From Alphaproteobacteria bacterium (GTDB taxonomy: Bacteria; Pseudomonadota; Alphaproteobacteria; MPNO01; DASWLB01), in NCBI GenBank assembly GCA_036396315.1, contig DASWLB010000382.1:1-32284 (forward strand): a stretch of DNA of 32,284 bases, given 5' to 3'. Below, in pieces: positions 1 to 7,764 of the stretch. Under the pieces are notes generated by a model. That model was given only the letters and a program-made list of their open reading frames with translations, was not told the DNA's origin and ran no database searches. The translations under genes and the position numbers were made by a program. Position 1 is the first letter of the stretch, and each line of letters starts with the position of its first letter.

Positions 1-560
1 TAGTGGAGAGTGGCGGGGCCGTCGTGGGCGGCCATCACCTCGGCCGCGTCGCGGCACTCGATCGTCACCCCGGCGAGCCGGGCGACGACCGCCTCGAGGC
101 AATCGGGGTAGCCCGCCCAGTCGTGGGCCGGTGTCGTCCCGCTCCGGCTCGAGTTGGCGCGGAACCCGGTCGAACGGTGGCCCTTGACCGCGCTCGCATG
201 GGCGTTCGACCCGAACCCCATGGCCGAGCGCACGATCAGCCGCCGGGACCGCTCGACCGGGTCGTCGGCCGGCTCATAGGCGGCGCGGAACTCGGCGCGC
301 GCGAACGGCGTCAGCCTCAGCGCCTCGACGAGTTCGCCGGCGCGCGGACCGCGCAGCACCGCGAACAGCGCCACCACCTCGTCGTCGGGGTCGTTGTAGA
401 CCTCGCCATGGCTGCGCGGCTTCCTGAGGAGCACCGAGGCCGCGCCGCCGAACGGCTCGACATAGACCCGGTGCGGCGGAAAATGGGATATGATCCACGG
501 CGCGAGGAGCCACTTGCCGCCGTGCCAGCGCAAAACGGGCCGTTCCGGAGCGGCGGTCAT
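1..560 (-). CDS. D12-class (Dam-type) N6-adenine DNA methyltransferase, N-terminal part; the gene runs off the left edge
   Basis: This ORF is not in the supplied track because it is open at the window edge. Reverse-strand ATG at 560..558 translates to MTAAPERPVLRWHGGKWLLAPWIISHFPPHRVYVEPFGGAASVLLRKPRSHGEVYNDPDDEVVALF... The RWHGGK and EPFGGAASV strings match the N-terminal AdoMet-binding motifs of D12-class adenine methylases. The ATG overlaps an upstream stop (ATGA at 557-560). Confidence 0.8.
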   Translation of the reverse strand, partial: MTAAPERPVLRWHGGKWLLAPWIISHFPPHRVYVEPFGGAASVLLRKPRSHGEVYNDPDDEVVALFAVLRGPRAGELVEALRLTPFARAEFRAAYEPADDPVERSRRLIVRSAMGFGSNAHASAVKGHRSTGFRANSSRSGTTPAHDWAGYPDCLEAVVARLAGVTIECRDAAEVMAAHDGPATLH

Positions 561-615
561 CGCCCACCCCCGCGCGGCTCATCGAGGACCGCGTCCACCA
601 GATCCTCGGCGACGA

Positions 616-819
616 TCACCGACAGGAGCCGCCAGGCGAGGTCCGCGGGAGCCATGCCGCGCGCCGCCGCCGCGCGCAGCATTCGAGCGCCGAGACGTTC
701 GAGACCGGAATTCCGGTCCGCGCCGCGACCTCGGCGAGCGTCAGCCCCTCGCGCCGCAGCGCGACCACCGCGGCGGTGCGCGAGGGATAGCCGAGAATCG
801 GCTTGGCGACCGCCATCAC
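616..819 (-). CDS. Small helix-turn-helix protein; the reading frame appears to break after about 47 codons (see finding)
   Basis: The first ~47 residues (MMAVAKPILGYPSRTAAVVALRREGLTLAEVAARTGIPVSNVSALE) look like an HTH. The remainder (CCARRRRAAWLPRTSPGGSCR) looks non-protein-like. The start overlaps the upstream gene's stop (816-819). Confidence 0.5.
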   Translation of the reverse strand: MMAVAKPILGYPSRTAAVVALRREGLTLAEVAARTGIPVSNVSALECCARRRRAAWLPRTSPGGSCR

Positions 820-2651
820 CCCTCGTCCCCCGCGATCTCGTCGTAGCGGGCGAGGTCGACGAGGAGGCAGTGCGCCGCCACCCGGTTGATCTTGACCACC
901 CTGTAGCCATCCCTGACCGCCCCGTCGTGGACGCCCTGCCTCAGGCTAGACCACCAGCCGCCGTCCTGCCAGCGCGAGCCCTGATAGAGCCGGCCGAGCG
1001 AGGGCGACGAGCGCGGCACCGCGAGCAGGTACCGCCGCTCGCCATGGGCCCCGCCCTCCGGCCGTTCCTCGACCAGGCCGAGCCCCGCGGCCGCCAGCCG
1101 GTTGCGGATGAACTTGAGATCGGCCTCGTCGATCTCGTCGAGCACCGCGCCCACGGTCGGCTTCTCGCCCGACTTCCAGGCGTCGATGGTCGAGCCTAGG
1201 ACATGTTCGAGGCACGTCCGCCAGTTGGGCTGCTGGGCCGCGCGGTCGGCCCTGGTCGCCGCCGCGACCGCCTCGCCGACGCGGGCGGCGTCCGTCACCG
1301 GCAGGCCGGCGTCCTCCATGATCTCGGCCCCGAGCATCAGCTCGGCGATCGCGAACAGCGTCCCCCAGGTGTCCTGCTGGCGGCCGTCGAGACCGGCCTG
1401 CTTGAGGTTGACGCGCCAGTCGCCCAGCATGTGGTCGAACTCCGGCCAGGCGTCCATCAGCCCCCTCAGGATCATGCGCCCGGCGTCGGGCTCGATCCTC
1501 GGCGGCTCGCCCACGTCGGCGAGCTGGTCGAGATCGAGCAGCGCGAACCGCGACCGGTCCTGCGGGCGCATCGGCGGCGGAATGATCCCGGTCATGAAGA
1601 ACGCCGAGCGCGCCTGGAACTCGACCCCCTTGTGGTCGGCGCCGCCGCGCCAGTGGCGCGCGCCCGACGAGGCGAGCCGGGCGAGCTCGATGATCGCCTC
1701 GACCCGGCGGTTGTCGGCGCTCGCCTCCATCTCGTCGACCGCCACCGGCAGCGTGTCGAGGCCGAGGCGTTGCCTCACCCCCGCCTCGGTCGTGTTCGCC
1801 GCGTCATGGAGCGCGGCGCCGAGAACGGCCTTGACCAGGCGTTGCAGCTCGGTCTTGCCGGTCTTCATGTCGCCGGCGACGAACAGGTGCGGCCGCCATG
1901 GCAGGGCGCCGCCGATGAGCATCGCGCCGAGCGCGCCGACCACGATCACCGGGTCGACGCCCGGCCGGCCCCAGGACCACGAGGTGAGCGCGGTGAAGAT
2001 CTCCCGCGCCGGGTTGTCCTCGGCCGGCACCGGCTCGAGCCACGGCACGATGGTCAGCGGCCGCGCCGGGTAGAACAGGCCGTCGATCTCGCCCGGCGGC
2101 GCGTGCTGGAGCCTCGCGCCCCTCCCGTCCGGCACCACCGTCCACAGCCCGTCGCCCGAGTGCCAGATCAGCCGGCCGTGATCGTCGACCCAGGCGCCGC
2201 GCCCGCGCACCCGGTCGATCGGCTGGAACAGGCCGCGCCCGGCCGCGGCCTTGACCAGGCACTGGGCGGCGTCGTCCGCCGCGATCCCGGTGATGACGAA
2301 ATCGTCCTTGGACTTCGCCCATTTCGGCCACGCCCACTCGAGGAAGTTGGGAGTGAGGGCGAACAGATCGATCAGGATCTTCTTGCCCCATTCGTTCGAC
2401 GCCACCGGAATGAGCTGGCCGAGCGTGTCGACGAAGTAGCTGATCTTGCCGTCCTTGCCGAGCGGCTGCACCGGGCAGCCCGGCGGCAGCCGGTCGACCG
2501 GATGGCCCGGCCACTGGCCGGCGAGCACCTTGTCGCCGCCGACCTCGCGCCCGCCGATCGCCGGCGGGTCGTCGATGGCGGTTTGCCTGTCGAGCTCGGC
2601 GCGCGCGTCGGCGAACGCGGCGCGCACCCGGCCCGGCCCCTTGCGAACCAT
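816..2651 (-). CDS. P-loop NTPase, putative replicative helicase (SF3/DUF927-like; family not verified)
   Basis: 611-aa ORF. Walker A-like FVAGDMKTGKTELQ and Walker B-like LPVAVDEME. It lies downstream of a Toprim primase-like gene in the same operon. An AGGGAA SD-like string sits about 8 nt upstream of the ATG at 2651. Confidence 0.7.
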   Translation of the reverse strand: MVRKGPGRVRAAFADARAELDRQTAIDDPPAIGGREVGGDKVLAGQWPGHPVDRLPPGCPVQPLGKDGKISYFVDTLGQLIPVASNEWGKKILIDLFALTPNFLEWAWPKWAKSKDDFVITGIAADDAAQCLVKAAAGRGLFQPIDRVRGRGAWVDDHGRLIWHSGDGLWTVVPDGRGARLQHAPPGEIDGLFYPARPLTIVPWLEPVPAEDNPAREIFTALTSWSWGRPGVDPVIVVGALGAMLIGGALPWRPHLFVAGDMKTGKTELQRLVKAVLGAALHDAANTTEAGVRQRLGLDTLPVAVDEMEASADNRRVEAIIELARLASSGARHWRGGADHKGVEFQARSAFFMTGIIPPPMRPQDRSRFALLDLDQLADVGEPPRIEPDAGRMILRGLMDAWPEFDHMLGDWRVNLKQAGLDGRQQDTWGTLFAIAELMLGAEIMEDAGLPVTDAARVGEAVAAATRADRAAQQPNWRTCLEHVLGSTIDAWKSGEKPTVGAVLDEIDEADLKFIRNRLAAAGLGLVEERPEGGAHGERRYLLAVPRSSPSLGRLYQGSRWQDGGWWSSLRQGVHDGAVRDGYRVVKINRVAAHCLLVDLARYDEIAGDEG

Positions 2652-2659
2652 GGTTGCAT

Positions 2660-2692
2660 TCCCTGTCGGAGCTTCGCTCCTCCACGCCTCTC
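2660..2692 (-). promoter_or_regulatory. Copy A of a 33-nt intergenic hairpin element (partner at 6310-6342)
   Basis: mRNA sense: GAGAGGCGTGGAG-GAGC-GAA-GCTC-CGACAGGGA. It is 27/33 identical to copy B. Four of the mismatches are paired changes that keep the stem (GGAGC/GCTCC versus GCGGC/GCCGC). It ends 8 nt upstream of the ATG at 2651. Confidence 0.5.
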
Positions 2693-2731
2693 GTGGGCGA
2701 GGGCGAAAAAGGTCCTATGGTGAAACGCCGG

Positions 2732-3121
2732 TCACTTGCGCGGCCTGGCTGGCCTCGGCCGCGCCCGCGGCCGCTTCGCCAGCGCCTTGCGCCTGAGCTG
2801 GGCCTCGACGCCCTCGCGCGCGACCCGCTCGGCCAGCGTCGGCAGCCCCCGGTGGTGGAGGTCGGTGTTGCTGGTGCGCAGGGTCTCGCGCATCATCGCG
2901 GCGACGACGTTGCCGGCCGCCGCCATCGGCTCGGCCGCGGCCGGCGCCGGCGGCGCCGCGAGCTCGCCCTTGGGCGGCGGCGCCGGCTTGCCGAGATCGA
3001 CCCGGTCCCCGAGCCCGTCGGCCGGCTCGATCGCGCGCTCCATCCGCGCCGAGGCTGTCCTCACCGTCTCCCGCGATGGCTGCTGGGGCTCGCCGCGCAC
3101 CCGTCCGTCGTCGCCGCTCAT
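2732..3121 (-). CDS. Hypothetical protein (129 aa) with a basic C-terminal tail
   Basis: In-frame ATG at 3121..3119 overlaps the stop of the upstream DHH gene (ATGA). Sequence MSGDDGRV...RETLRTSNTDLHHRGLPTLAERVAREGVEAQLRRKALAKRPRARPRPARPRK. The longer 215-aa track ORF has an Arg-rich, non-protein-like N-terminus. Confidence 0.55.
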   Translation of the reverse strand: MSGDDGRVRGEPQQPSRETVRTASARMERAIEPADGLGDRVDLGKPAPPPKGELAAPPAPAAAEPMAAAGNVVAAMMRETLRTSNTDLHHRGLPTLAERVAREGVEAQLRRKALAKRPRARPRPARPRK

Positions 3122-4017
3122 GCCGGCACCCGGAAGCCGGCTGCGTTTCGATGCCCGCCGCCGCCGAATTGGCGCGCGACCTTGCTCACGTCCTCGCGGC
3201 CGTCCTCGGACCTCAGCGAATACGTCCTGGCGCCGAAGCTGTGGTACCAGACGGCCGCAAAGGCGGCGCTGCTGTCGCGTTGCAGGAGCTCGTGGCCGAC
3301 GTCCGACGCCATGAACCATGGGGCGTTGACGACGGGCACCAGGTGCGGACCGATCCTTCCAGGCACCGCCGCATCGCACACCTCGGCGATCTTGCGATCA
3401 TAGAAGCGCTCGATCGCGTGCGCCTCGGCGAGCACGTTGGCGCGGTCGCCGCCGATGTCGTCGAACGCGCGCATCAGATCGTCCCACACCTCGAACTCGT
3501 AAGGGAAGGACCGCAAGAGCAGCGACAGCGGGCGGGTGTGCTCGTGCGGATGCTTCACCCAAAGATCGCGCTCGGCGATGTGGCGTATCAGCTTCGGCGC
3601 GGGATCATCGGGGAAGCAGAACGCCCACGTCAGCTCGGCCCCGCACTGCTCCATATCGAAAGTGGCGAACACCGCGGGGTCACCGTGGTCGAGATAGCTG
3701 ACCGCCTCGCCGGCCGTCTTGACCGAACCCTGGAAAACCGAAACATGCGCAAGATCCTCAGCCGCCGTCTTGTGGTGGTCGAGGATGAAGATCGACCGCG
3801 CCTCATCGGCCATCGCAGCCAATACGTCCGGCTTGAACGAAAAATCGGCGATCAGCACGTCCTTGCCGGCGAGGTCGATGTCGAGCGGCTGGCCGTAGTT
3901 GCGCCCGGCGAACAGAACCTCGCCCGGCCACTTGCGATTAACCACCCACGCTGCCGCAAAGCCGTCGTCGCAGGGGAAATGGTGAATGCATATGTCCGGC
4001 TTCCAAGTCATTGTCAT
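3118..4017 (-). CDS. DHH/DHHA1-family phosphoesterase (RecJ/NrnA-like), 299 aa
   Basis: Start MTMTWKPDICIHHFPCDDG at 4017 overlaps the primase stop (ATGA). DHH motifs seen: HHFPCDDG (motif I), LIADFS (II), ILDHHKT (III), and the DHHA1 string GGGGHRNAAGF near the C-terminus. The rest of the 648-aa track ORF upstream is Arg/Gly-rich antisense noise. Confidence 0.85.
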   Translation of the reverse strand: MTMTWKPDICIHHFPCDDGFAAAWVVNRKWPGEVLFAGRNYGQPLDIDLAGKDVLIADFSFKPDVLAAMADEARSIFILDHHKTAAEDLAHVSVFQGSVKTAGEAVSYLDHGDPAVFATFDMEQCGAELTWAFCFPDDPAPKLIRHIAERDLWVKHPHEHTRPLSLLLRSFPYEFEVWDDLMRAFDDIGGDRANVLAEAHAIERFYDRKIAEVCDAAVPGRIGPHLVPVVNAPWFMASDVGHELLQRDSSAAFAAVWYHSFGARTYSLRSEDGREDVSKVARQFGGGGHRNAAGFRVPA

Positions 4018-5123
4018 GTCTCCTCCTTCACCAGATCGTTGAAATCGTTGACGCCGGCTCCGGCGGCCATCGCCGCCACCGGCTTGCCGTGGCGGGCGAG
4101 CCCGGCGCGCGTCGCCTGGCGCCGCTCGGCCGCGGCGGCGCCCTTGTCGTTGTCCTCGGCGACGATCACCCGCTCGATCGCGGGATGGTCGACATAGGCG
4201 TTCTGGATGTTGCCGGCGCTTGCGGCCGCGGCGACCCGCGCCTCCGGCGCCGCCAGCGCCACGGTCAGCATGGTCTCGATCCCCTCGCCGATGATCCAGT
4301 CCGAGAGAACGCCGTTCTCCGCCGCCTCCTCCATGGTGAGCCCGTCCGCCCCCATGGCGAGCCGGATCACCGCGCCGCGGACCTCGCCGTACATCAGTTT
4401 TGCCTCCGGCACGTCCGCCTTGCCGGTCCCGTCGTGCCTCAAAAAGGTGCAATGGACGGCGGTGATGTCGCCGGCGCGGTTTCGCATCGCGCCCACCATG
4501 GCCGGGAACGACGGCCCCGGCTCGGCCTTGATCCTCGCCCCGTCCGGGCGGACCTCCCACCTCGCCCCCTTCCACCATTCGAGCCGGTCGCAGAACCTGA
4601 GATCGCCTTCCGGGTGTTTGAGCGCCACCCAGGCGATGCCGCGCCTTGCGAGATAGACCTCGGCGAGCGAGCCCTCGATCGGCTCCCGCGCCCTCGTCCA
4701 CAACCGCATCGCCGCCCGGCGCTTTTTCGCCGCCCGCTCGCTCGCGGCGTGGAGCTCCTCGCGCGCCCGCCGTCTCGCGCGGCTCTTGGCCCGGGCGAGA
4801 TCGTCGGCGCCCATCTGGCGGACGCCGAGAAAGTCCTCGGCCCAGCGCAGCGCGAACGCCCTGTTCTGTCCGTGCACATAGGCGATGAGGTCGATCACGT
4901 CGCCCTTGGCCGCGCCCCGCGGCGAGTACTCGCAGAAGCCTCCCGTCGCCGGTCCGGTCATCCAGATCACGAACGATCCGGGCCGGCGGTCGTCGCGGGT
5001 CGGATTCCGCGGCGTGAACACCGGGCCGGCCGGGATCCGCTCGCCCGGGAACAGCCTGGCGCACAAGGAGCGCACCTGTCCCTGGAGCATGTCGCGGATC
5101 TGGCGCGGCCCGGCGCGGTTCAT
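4014..5123 (-). CDS. Toprim-domain primase-like protein, 369 aa
   Basis: Toprim signatures: IIGEGIETMLTV (conserved Glu) and RVIVAEDNDKG (DxD). The N-terminal region (FTPRNPTRDDRRPGSFVIW...GFCEYS) resembles the N-terminal domains of plasmid/prophage primases that sit next to helicase genes. Confidence 0.75.
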   Translation of the reverse strand: MNRAGPRQIRDMLQGQVRSLCARLFPGERIPAGPVFTPRNPTRDDRRPGSFVIWMTGPATGGFCEYSPRGAAKGDVIDLIAYVHGQNRAFALRWAEDFLGVRQMGADDLARAKSRARRRAREELHAASERAAKKRRAAMRLWTRAREPIEGSLAEVYLARRGIAWVALKHPEGDLRFCDRLEWWKGARWEVRPDGARIKAEPGPSFPAMVGAMRNRAGDITAVHCTFLRHDGTGKADVPEAKLMYGEVRGAVIRLAMGADGLTMEEAAENGVLSDWIIGEGIETMLTVALAAPEARVAAAASAGNIQNAYVDHPAIERVIVAEDNDKGAAAAERRQATRAGLARHGKPVAAMAAGAGVNDFNDLVKEET

Positions 5124-5128
5124 CGGAC

Positions 5129-5554
5129 CTAAGCCGCCTCCCGCCGGCCGGGCGCGCTCTCGTCCTCGTCGGCGAGCAAGGCCCAGGGAGGCAGGAACAC
5201 GATCAGGGTGTCGCCCTCGACTTTCGAGACACAGCGCGTCGACTTGAACGTGTCATCCGGGGTGAATTCCGGCTCTCCCAGATTGACCCGCAAGGTCAAG
5301 TCTTCCCGATTCCGGGGCGCGGAAAGCATGAGGGGCTTGAAGGCTCCGTCGTCCTTGACCGCGACGCGAAGCGTGCCGCGATCCTCGCCCCGGCCGATGG
5401 CGATCTCCAGCGGCGCGCCGGTCTTGGCGACCGGCGGCAGGAACTCGGCCGGGATGTTGAGTCTCACCGCCATGCCGGCCTTCACTTCGCGTGCCGACAT
5501 CATGACGCACCGCTGCCTGCGCTCAGGCGGCGCCTCGAGCGCCTCGAAGCTCAC
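5129..5554 (-). CDS. Hypothetical protein (141 aa)
   Basis: Protein-like composition. The start at 5554 overlaps the upstream stop (ATGA at 5551-5554). Its stop is 5 nt before the primase ATG. Confidence 0.6.
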   Translation of the reverse strand: MSFEALEAPPERRQRCVMMSAREVKAGMAVRLNIPAEFLPPVAKTGAPLEIAIGRGEDRGTLRVAVKDDGAFKPLMLSAPRNREDLTLRVNLGEPEFTPDDTFKSTRCVSKVEGDTLIVFLPPWALLADEDESAPGRREAA

Positions 5555-5916
5555 GGCGCCTCTCCGCCGCCGGCGGCCCGCGCGGCGGCGGCGCGCTCGC
5601 GCTCCCGGTCCGCCGCCCAGCCGTCCGGGTCGCGGACCTTCTTCATGCCCCCGGTCGTCGCCCTGAGGAAGAAGGTGAGCCCGTTCGGGTTCCGCTCGAC
5701 GGTGGCGAGGCCGTCGGCGGCGAGGTCGTCCGCGAGCACGAGCTCGTAATCGATGTCGGCGCCGCGCCGCGGCCGGTAGGTGCCCTCGGCGACCGCGCGG
5801 CGGAGCATGTCGTCCTTCGTTTTCGTCGTCGCGTCCGCCAGCTCGGGCCCGGCCGCGGTCTCCGTCGCGGCCGGCGCGGCCGCCGCGGACTGCTTTTTGG
5901 GTCGTCTCGCCATCAT
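5551..5916 (-). CDS. Hypothetical protein (121 aa)
   Basis: A strong SD (AAGGAGAGAG) lies immediately upstream of the ATGATG start at 5916. Protein-like composition. Confidence 0.65.
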   Translation of the reverse strand: MMARRPKKQSAAAAPAATETAAGPELADATTKTKDDMLRRAVAEGTYRPRRGADIDYELVLADDLAADGLATVERNPNGLTFFLRATTGGMKKVRDPDGWAADRERERAAAARAAGGGEAP

Positions 5917-5941
5917 CTCTCTCCTTTGCTGGCGGGTGGGG

Positions 5942-6301
5942 TTAGTCGGGAAGGATGAGGCCGGCCGCGGTCTCGCGCCGCGGCGCGAGCTCGGTCATGA
6001 CGTTGCGGTGGATCAGCGACATCACCTGGGTGGCGACCCGCCGCCGGTCGCCGTCGCCGATCGCGGCGCCGACCATCTGGGTGACGAGGTTGGCCGCCGC
6101 GCCGGCGAGCGCGTGAAGGAGATGGGGCGCCGGCGTCGCGCGGTCGCGCTCGTCCTCGAGGATGTCGACCACGACCGGCATCAGCGCCAGCATCGCCCGG
6201 GCCTGGGCGCCCTCCGCCGTTCCCGGCCTCAGCGCCGCCTCGGTCCTCAGCCGCGCCTCGATCCGCTCCCATTCATTCCTCAGTGGATGGCGCATGGTCA
6301 T
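5942..6301 (-). CDS. Hypothetical protein (119 aa)
   Basis: The ATG at 6301 is preceded by copy B of the hairpin element, which ends GACAGGGA 8 nt upstream. Helical-looking, protein-like sequence. Confidence 0.6.
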   Translation of the reverse strand: MTMRHPLRNEWERIEARLRTEAALRPGTAEGAQARAMLALMPVVVDILEDERDRATPAPHLLHALAGAAANLVTQMVGAAIGDGDRRRVATQVMSLIHRNVMTELAPRRETAAGLILPD

Positions 6302-6309
6302 TTTTTGTG

Positions 6310-6342
6310 TCCCTGTCGCGGCTTCGCCGCTCCGCGCCTCTT
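6310..6342 (-). promoter_or_regulatory. Copy B of the 33-nt intergenic hairpin element (partner at 2660-2692)
   Basis: mRNA sense: AAGAGGCGCGGAG-CGGC-GAA-GCCG-CGACAGGGA. It starts 2 nt after the stop of the 6345-6956 gene and ends 8 nt before the ATG at 6301. Confidence 0.5.
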
Positions 6343-6344
6343 GG

Positions 6345-6956
6345 TCATGGTCGGTCCCCCATCAGTTGCGTCTCGAGCTCGGCGATGATCGCGTCGACCT
6401 GCGCGTCCTCGCGCGCGTCCTCGACCTGGCCGCAGGCGATCGAGATCGCCGCCGGCGTCATGGCGCAGACCCGGGCCAGCTCCATCTGGCGCACCCCGGC
6501 GCCGGTGTTGACGAGATAGATCGCGATCCGCCGCGCGTCGGCCGCGCGCAGCCACTCCGGCATCGATGACTGCACCGGCCAGGGCCGTTGCGCCTTGATG
6601 AGAGCGAAGTCGTAGCCGAAATGGCCGCACACCGCGGCGAGGGTGGCGTTGTAGAGGCAGCGGGTGACGAGGTCGTCTGCGAGCGCCAGCCCGGCGCGGC
6701 CGCGCGCCAGGGCGCGGCGGAGCCGCATCAGCGTCGAGCGCCGGAACGGCCCCCGCCCGGCGAGCAGCCGCTCGTAGGTCTGCCGGCTGATCCTCGCGTT
6801 CCAGCACAGCTCGACCTGGGTGAGCCCGATCTCGGCCCGCTGGCGCTCGATCGCGTTTATCTTTGAGGGCATGATTTGCGCATGCCCGCTCGCCGCGCCC
6901 GCGTTTAATTGTGGGGGCATGACAGGGGGGGCCGTTCCGGTGCCGATTTCGCCCAT
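6345..6956 (-). CDS. Two-HTH protein: XRE-like N-terminal HTH plus a DnaA-domain-IV-like C-terminal HTH; putative replication initiator or regulator
   Basis: The N-terminal stretch INAIERQRAEIGLTQVELCWNARISRQTYERLLAG is XRE-like. The C-terminal stretch ARRIAIYLVNTGAGVRQMELARVCAMTPAAISIACGQVE resembles the DnaA C-terminal DNA-binding domain. The start is uncertain: ATG 6956 lies 1 nt after the upstream stop, and ATG 6872 (MPSKINAIE) is the alternative. Confidence 0.6.
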   Translation of the reverse strand: MGEIGTGTAPPVMPPQLNAGAASGHAQIMPSKINAIERQRAEIGLTQVELCWNARISRQTYERLLAGRGPFRRSTLMRLRRALARGRAGLALADDLVTRCLYNATLAAVCGHFGYDFALIKAQRPWPVQSSMPEWLRAADARRIAIYLVNTGAGVRQMELARVCAMTPAAISIACGQVEDAREDAQVDAIIAELETQLMGDRP

Positions 6957-6957
6957 G

Positions 6958-7266
6958 TCAGAGATCCGCCCGCCGCCACCAGTGGCCGCGATTGTCGTTG
7001 CCGGCCTCGGCCCGCAGGTCCTCGGCCTTGAAGTGGTCGAGGACGGCGCCGAGCATGATCAGCGCCGGCACCTCGCCCCTGGCGACGACGACCTCGCGGG
7101 CGGCGAGCAGGAGCAGGCGCTCGCGCGCCGTGCCGGTCTCCAGATCCGGGGCCACGCGCTCGATCAGCTCGCCGAGCTGTTCGACCCGTTCGCGCGGCAG
7201 CGGCGTGGCGCGCAAGCATGCCGCGAGCGAGAGCACCGCCAGGCGATCGAACGCCGGCGCGGTCAT
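6958..7266 (-). CDS. Hypothetical protein (102 aa)
   Basis: The ATG at 7266 overlaps the upstream stop (ATGA at 7263-7266). Sequence MTAPAFDRLAVLSLAACLRATPLPRERVEQLGELIERV... Confidence 0.5.
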   Translation of the reverse strand: MTAPAFDRLAVLSLAACLRATPLPRERVEQLGELIERVAPDLETGTARERLLLLAAREVVVARGEVPALIMLGAVLDHFKAEDLRAEAGNDNRGHWWRRADL

Positions 7267-7454
7267 GGCACCGGCTCGAAGCGGTTGCCGACGACGACCG
7301 GCAGCGCGCGCCCGCGCGCCTCGTAGAGCGCCAGCGCCTCGGCGAGCGGGATCGGCCAGGCCCGGATCACCCATCCGCGGCCGTTGTGGGCGCGCAGATG
7401 GGCCCGCTCGCCCTCGATCGCGATCGACAGGCAGGTGCGGGCCGCCTCAGCCAT
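7263..7454 (-). CDS. Hypothetical protein (63 aa)
   Basis: The ATG at 7454 (MAEAARTCLSIAIEGERAHL...) overlaps the end of the upstream gene by 8 nt. The longer track ORF begins with an Arg-rich stretch. Confidence 0.4.
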   Translation of the reverse strand: MAEAARTCLSIAIEGERAHLRAHNGRGWVIRAWPIPLAEALALYEARGRALPVVVGNRFEPVP

Positions 7455-7764
7455 GCCGCGCCTTCGGCGGCCGGGGCGGGGCGAGCCGGACGACATGCCG
7501 GTTGCCCTCGCCGGCGAGCGCGATCACCGCGAGCGCGAGCTCGCGCGCGGCCCCCGAGGTTCCCGTCTCCAGCGTCTCGACCGCGCGGGCGATCGCGCCG
7601 TCGACGGTCTGGGTCTCGCAGGCCGTCACCTTGCCGCGCTCATCCTCGGTCCAGGCGCAGATCACGCCGAGCGCCATGGTGCCGACATGGAGCGGCGGCC
7701 GGCCCACGCGGTCGATCGCGATCAGCCGCGTCACCTCGGCCCGGCTGTCCGCGGCCTCGGTCAT
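7447..7764 (-). CDS. Hypothetical protein (105 aa)
   Basis: The ATG at 7764 overlaps the Cro-like gene's stop (ATGA at 7761-7764). Protein-like composition. Confidence 0.5.
   Translation of the reverse strand: MTEAADSRAEVTRLIAIDRVGRPPLHVGTMALGVICAWTEDERGKVTACETQTVDGAIARAVETLETGTSGAARELALAVIALAGEGNRHVVRLAPPRPPKARHG

Noticed and set aside
616-819. A GcrA-like cell-cycle regulator paired with the methyltransferase.
   Set aside because: The resemblance is only vague (EGLT..E.A...G....V pattern). The hallmark Trp and SRNAV residues are missing, and the frame is disrupted. The evidence is insufficient.
3-2723. Plus-strand ORFs 3-1199 (398 aa) and 1203-2723 (506 aa).
   Set aside because: Same reasoning. 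The opposite strand encodes a D12 methylase N-terminus, an HTH protein and a Walker A/B NTPase with proper coupling, and the plus-strand translations are Arg/Pro-rich noise.
4018-5064. N-terminal 349 residues of the 648-aa track ORF 3118-5064 (minus strand).
   Set aside because: This part is Arg/Gly-rich noise overlapping the Toprim primase frame. The DHH domain begins at the internal ATG at 4017, which forms an ATGA overlap with the primase stop.
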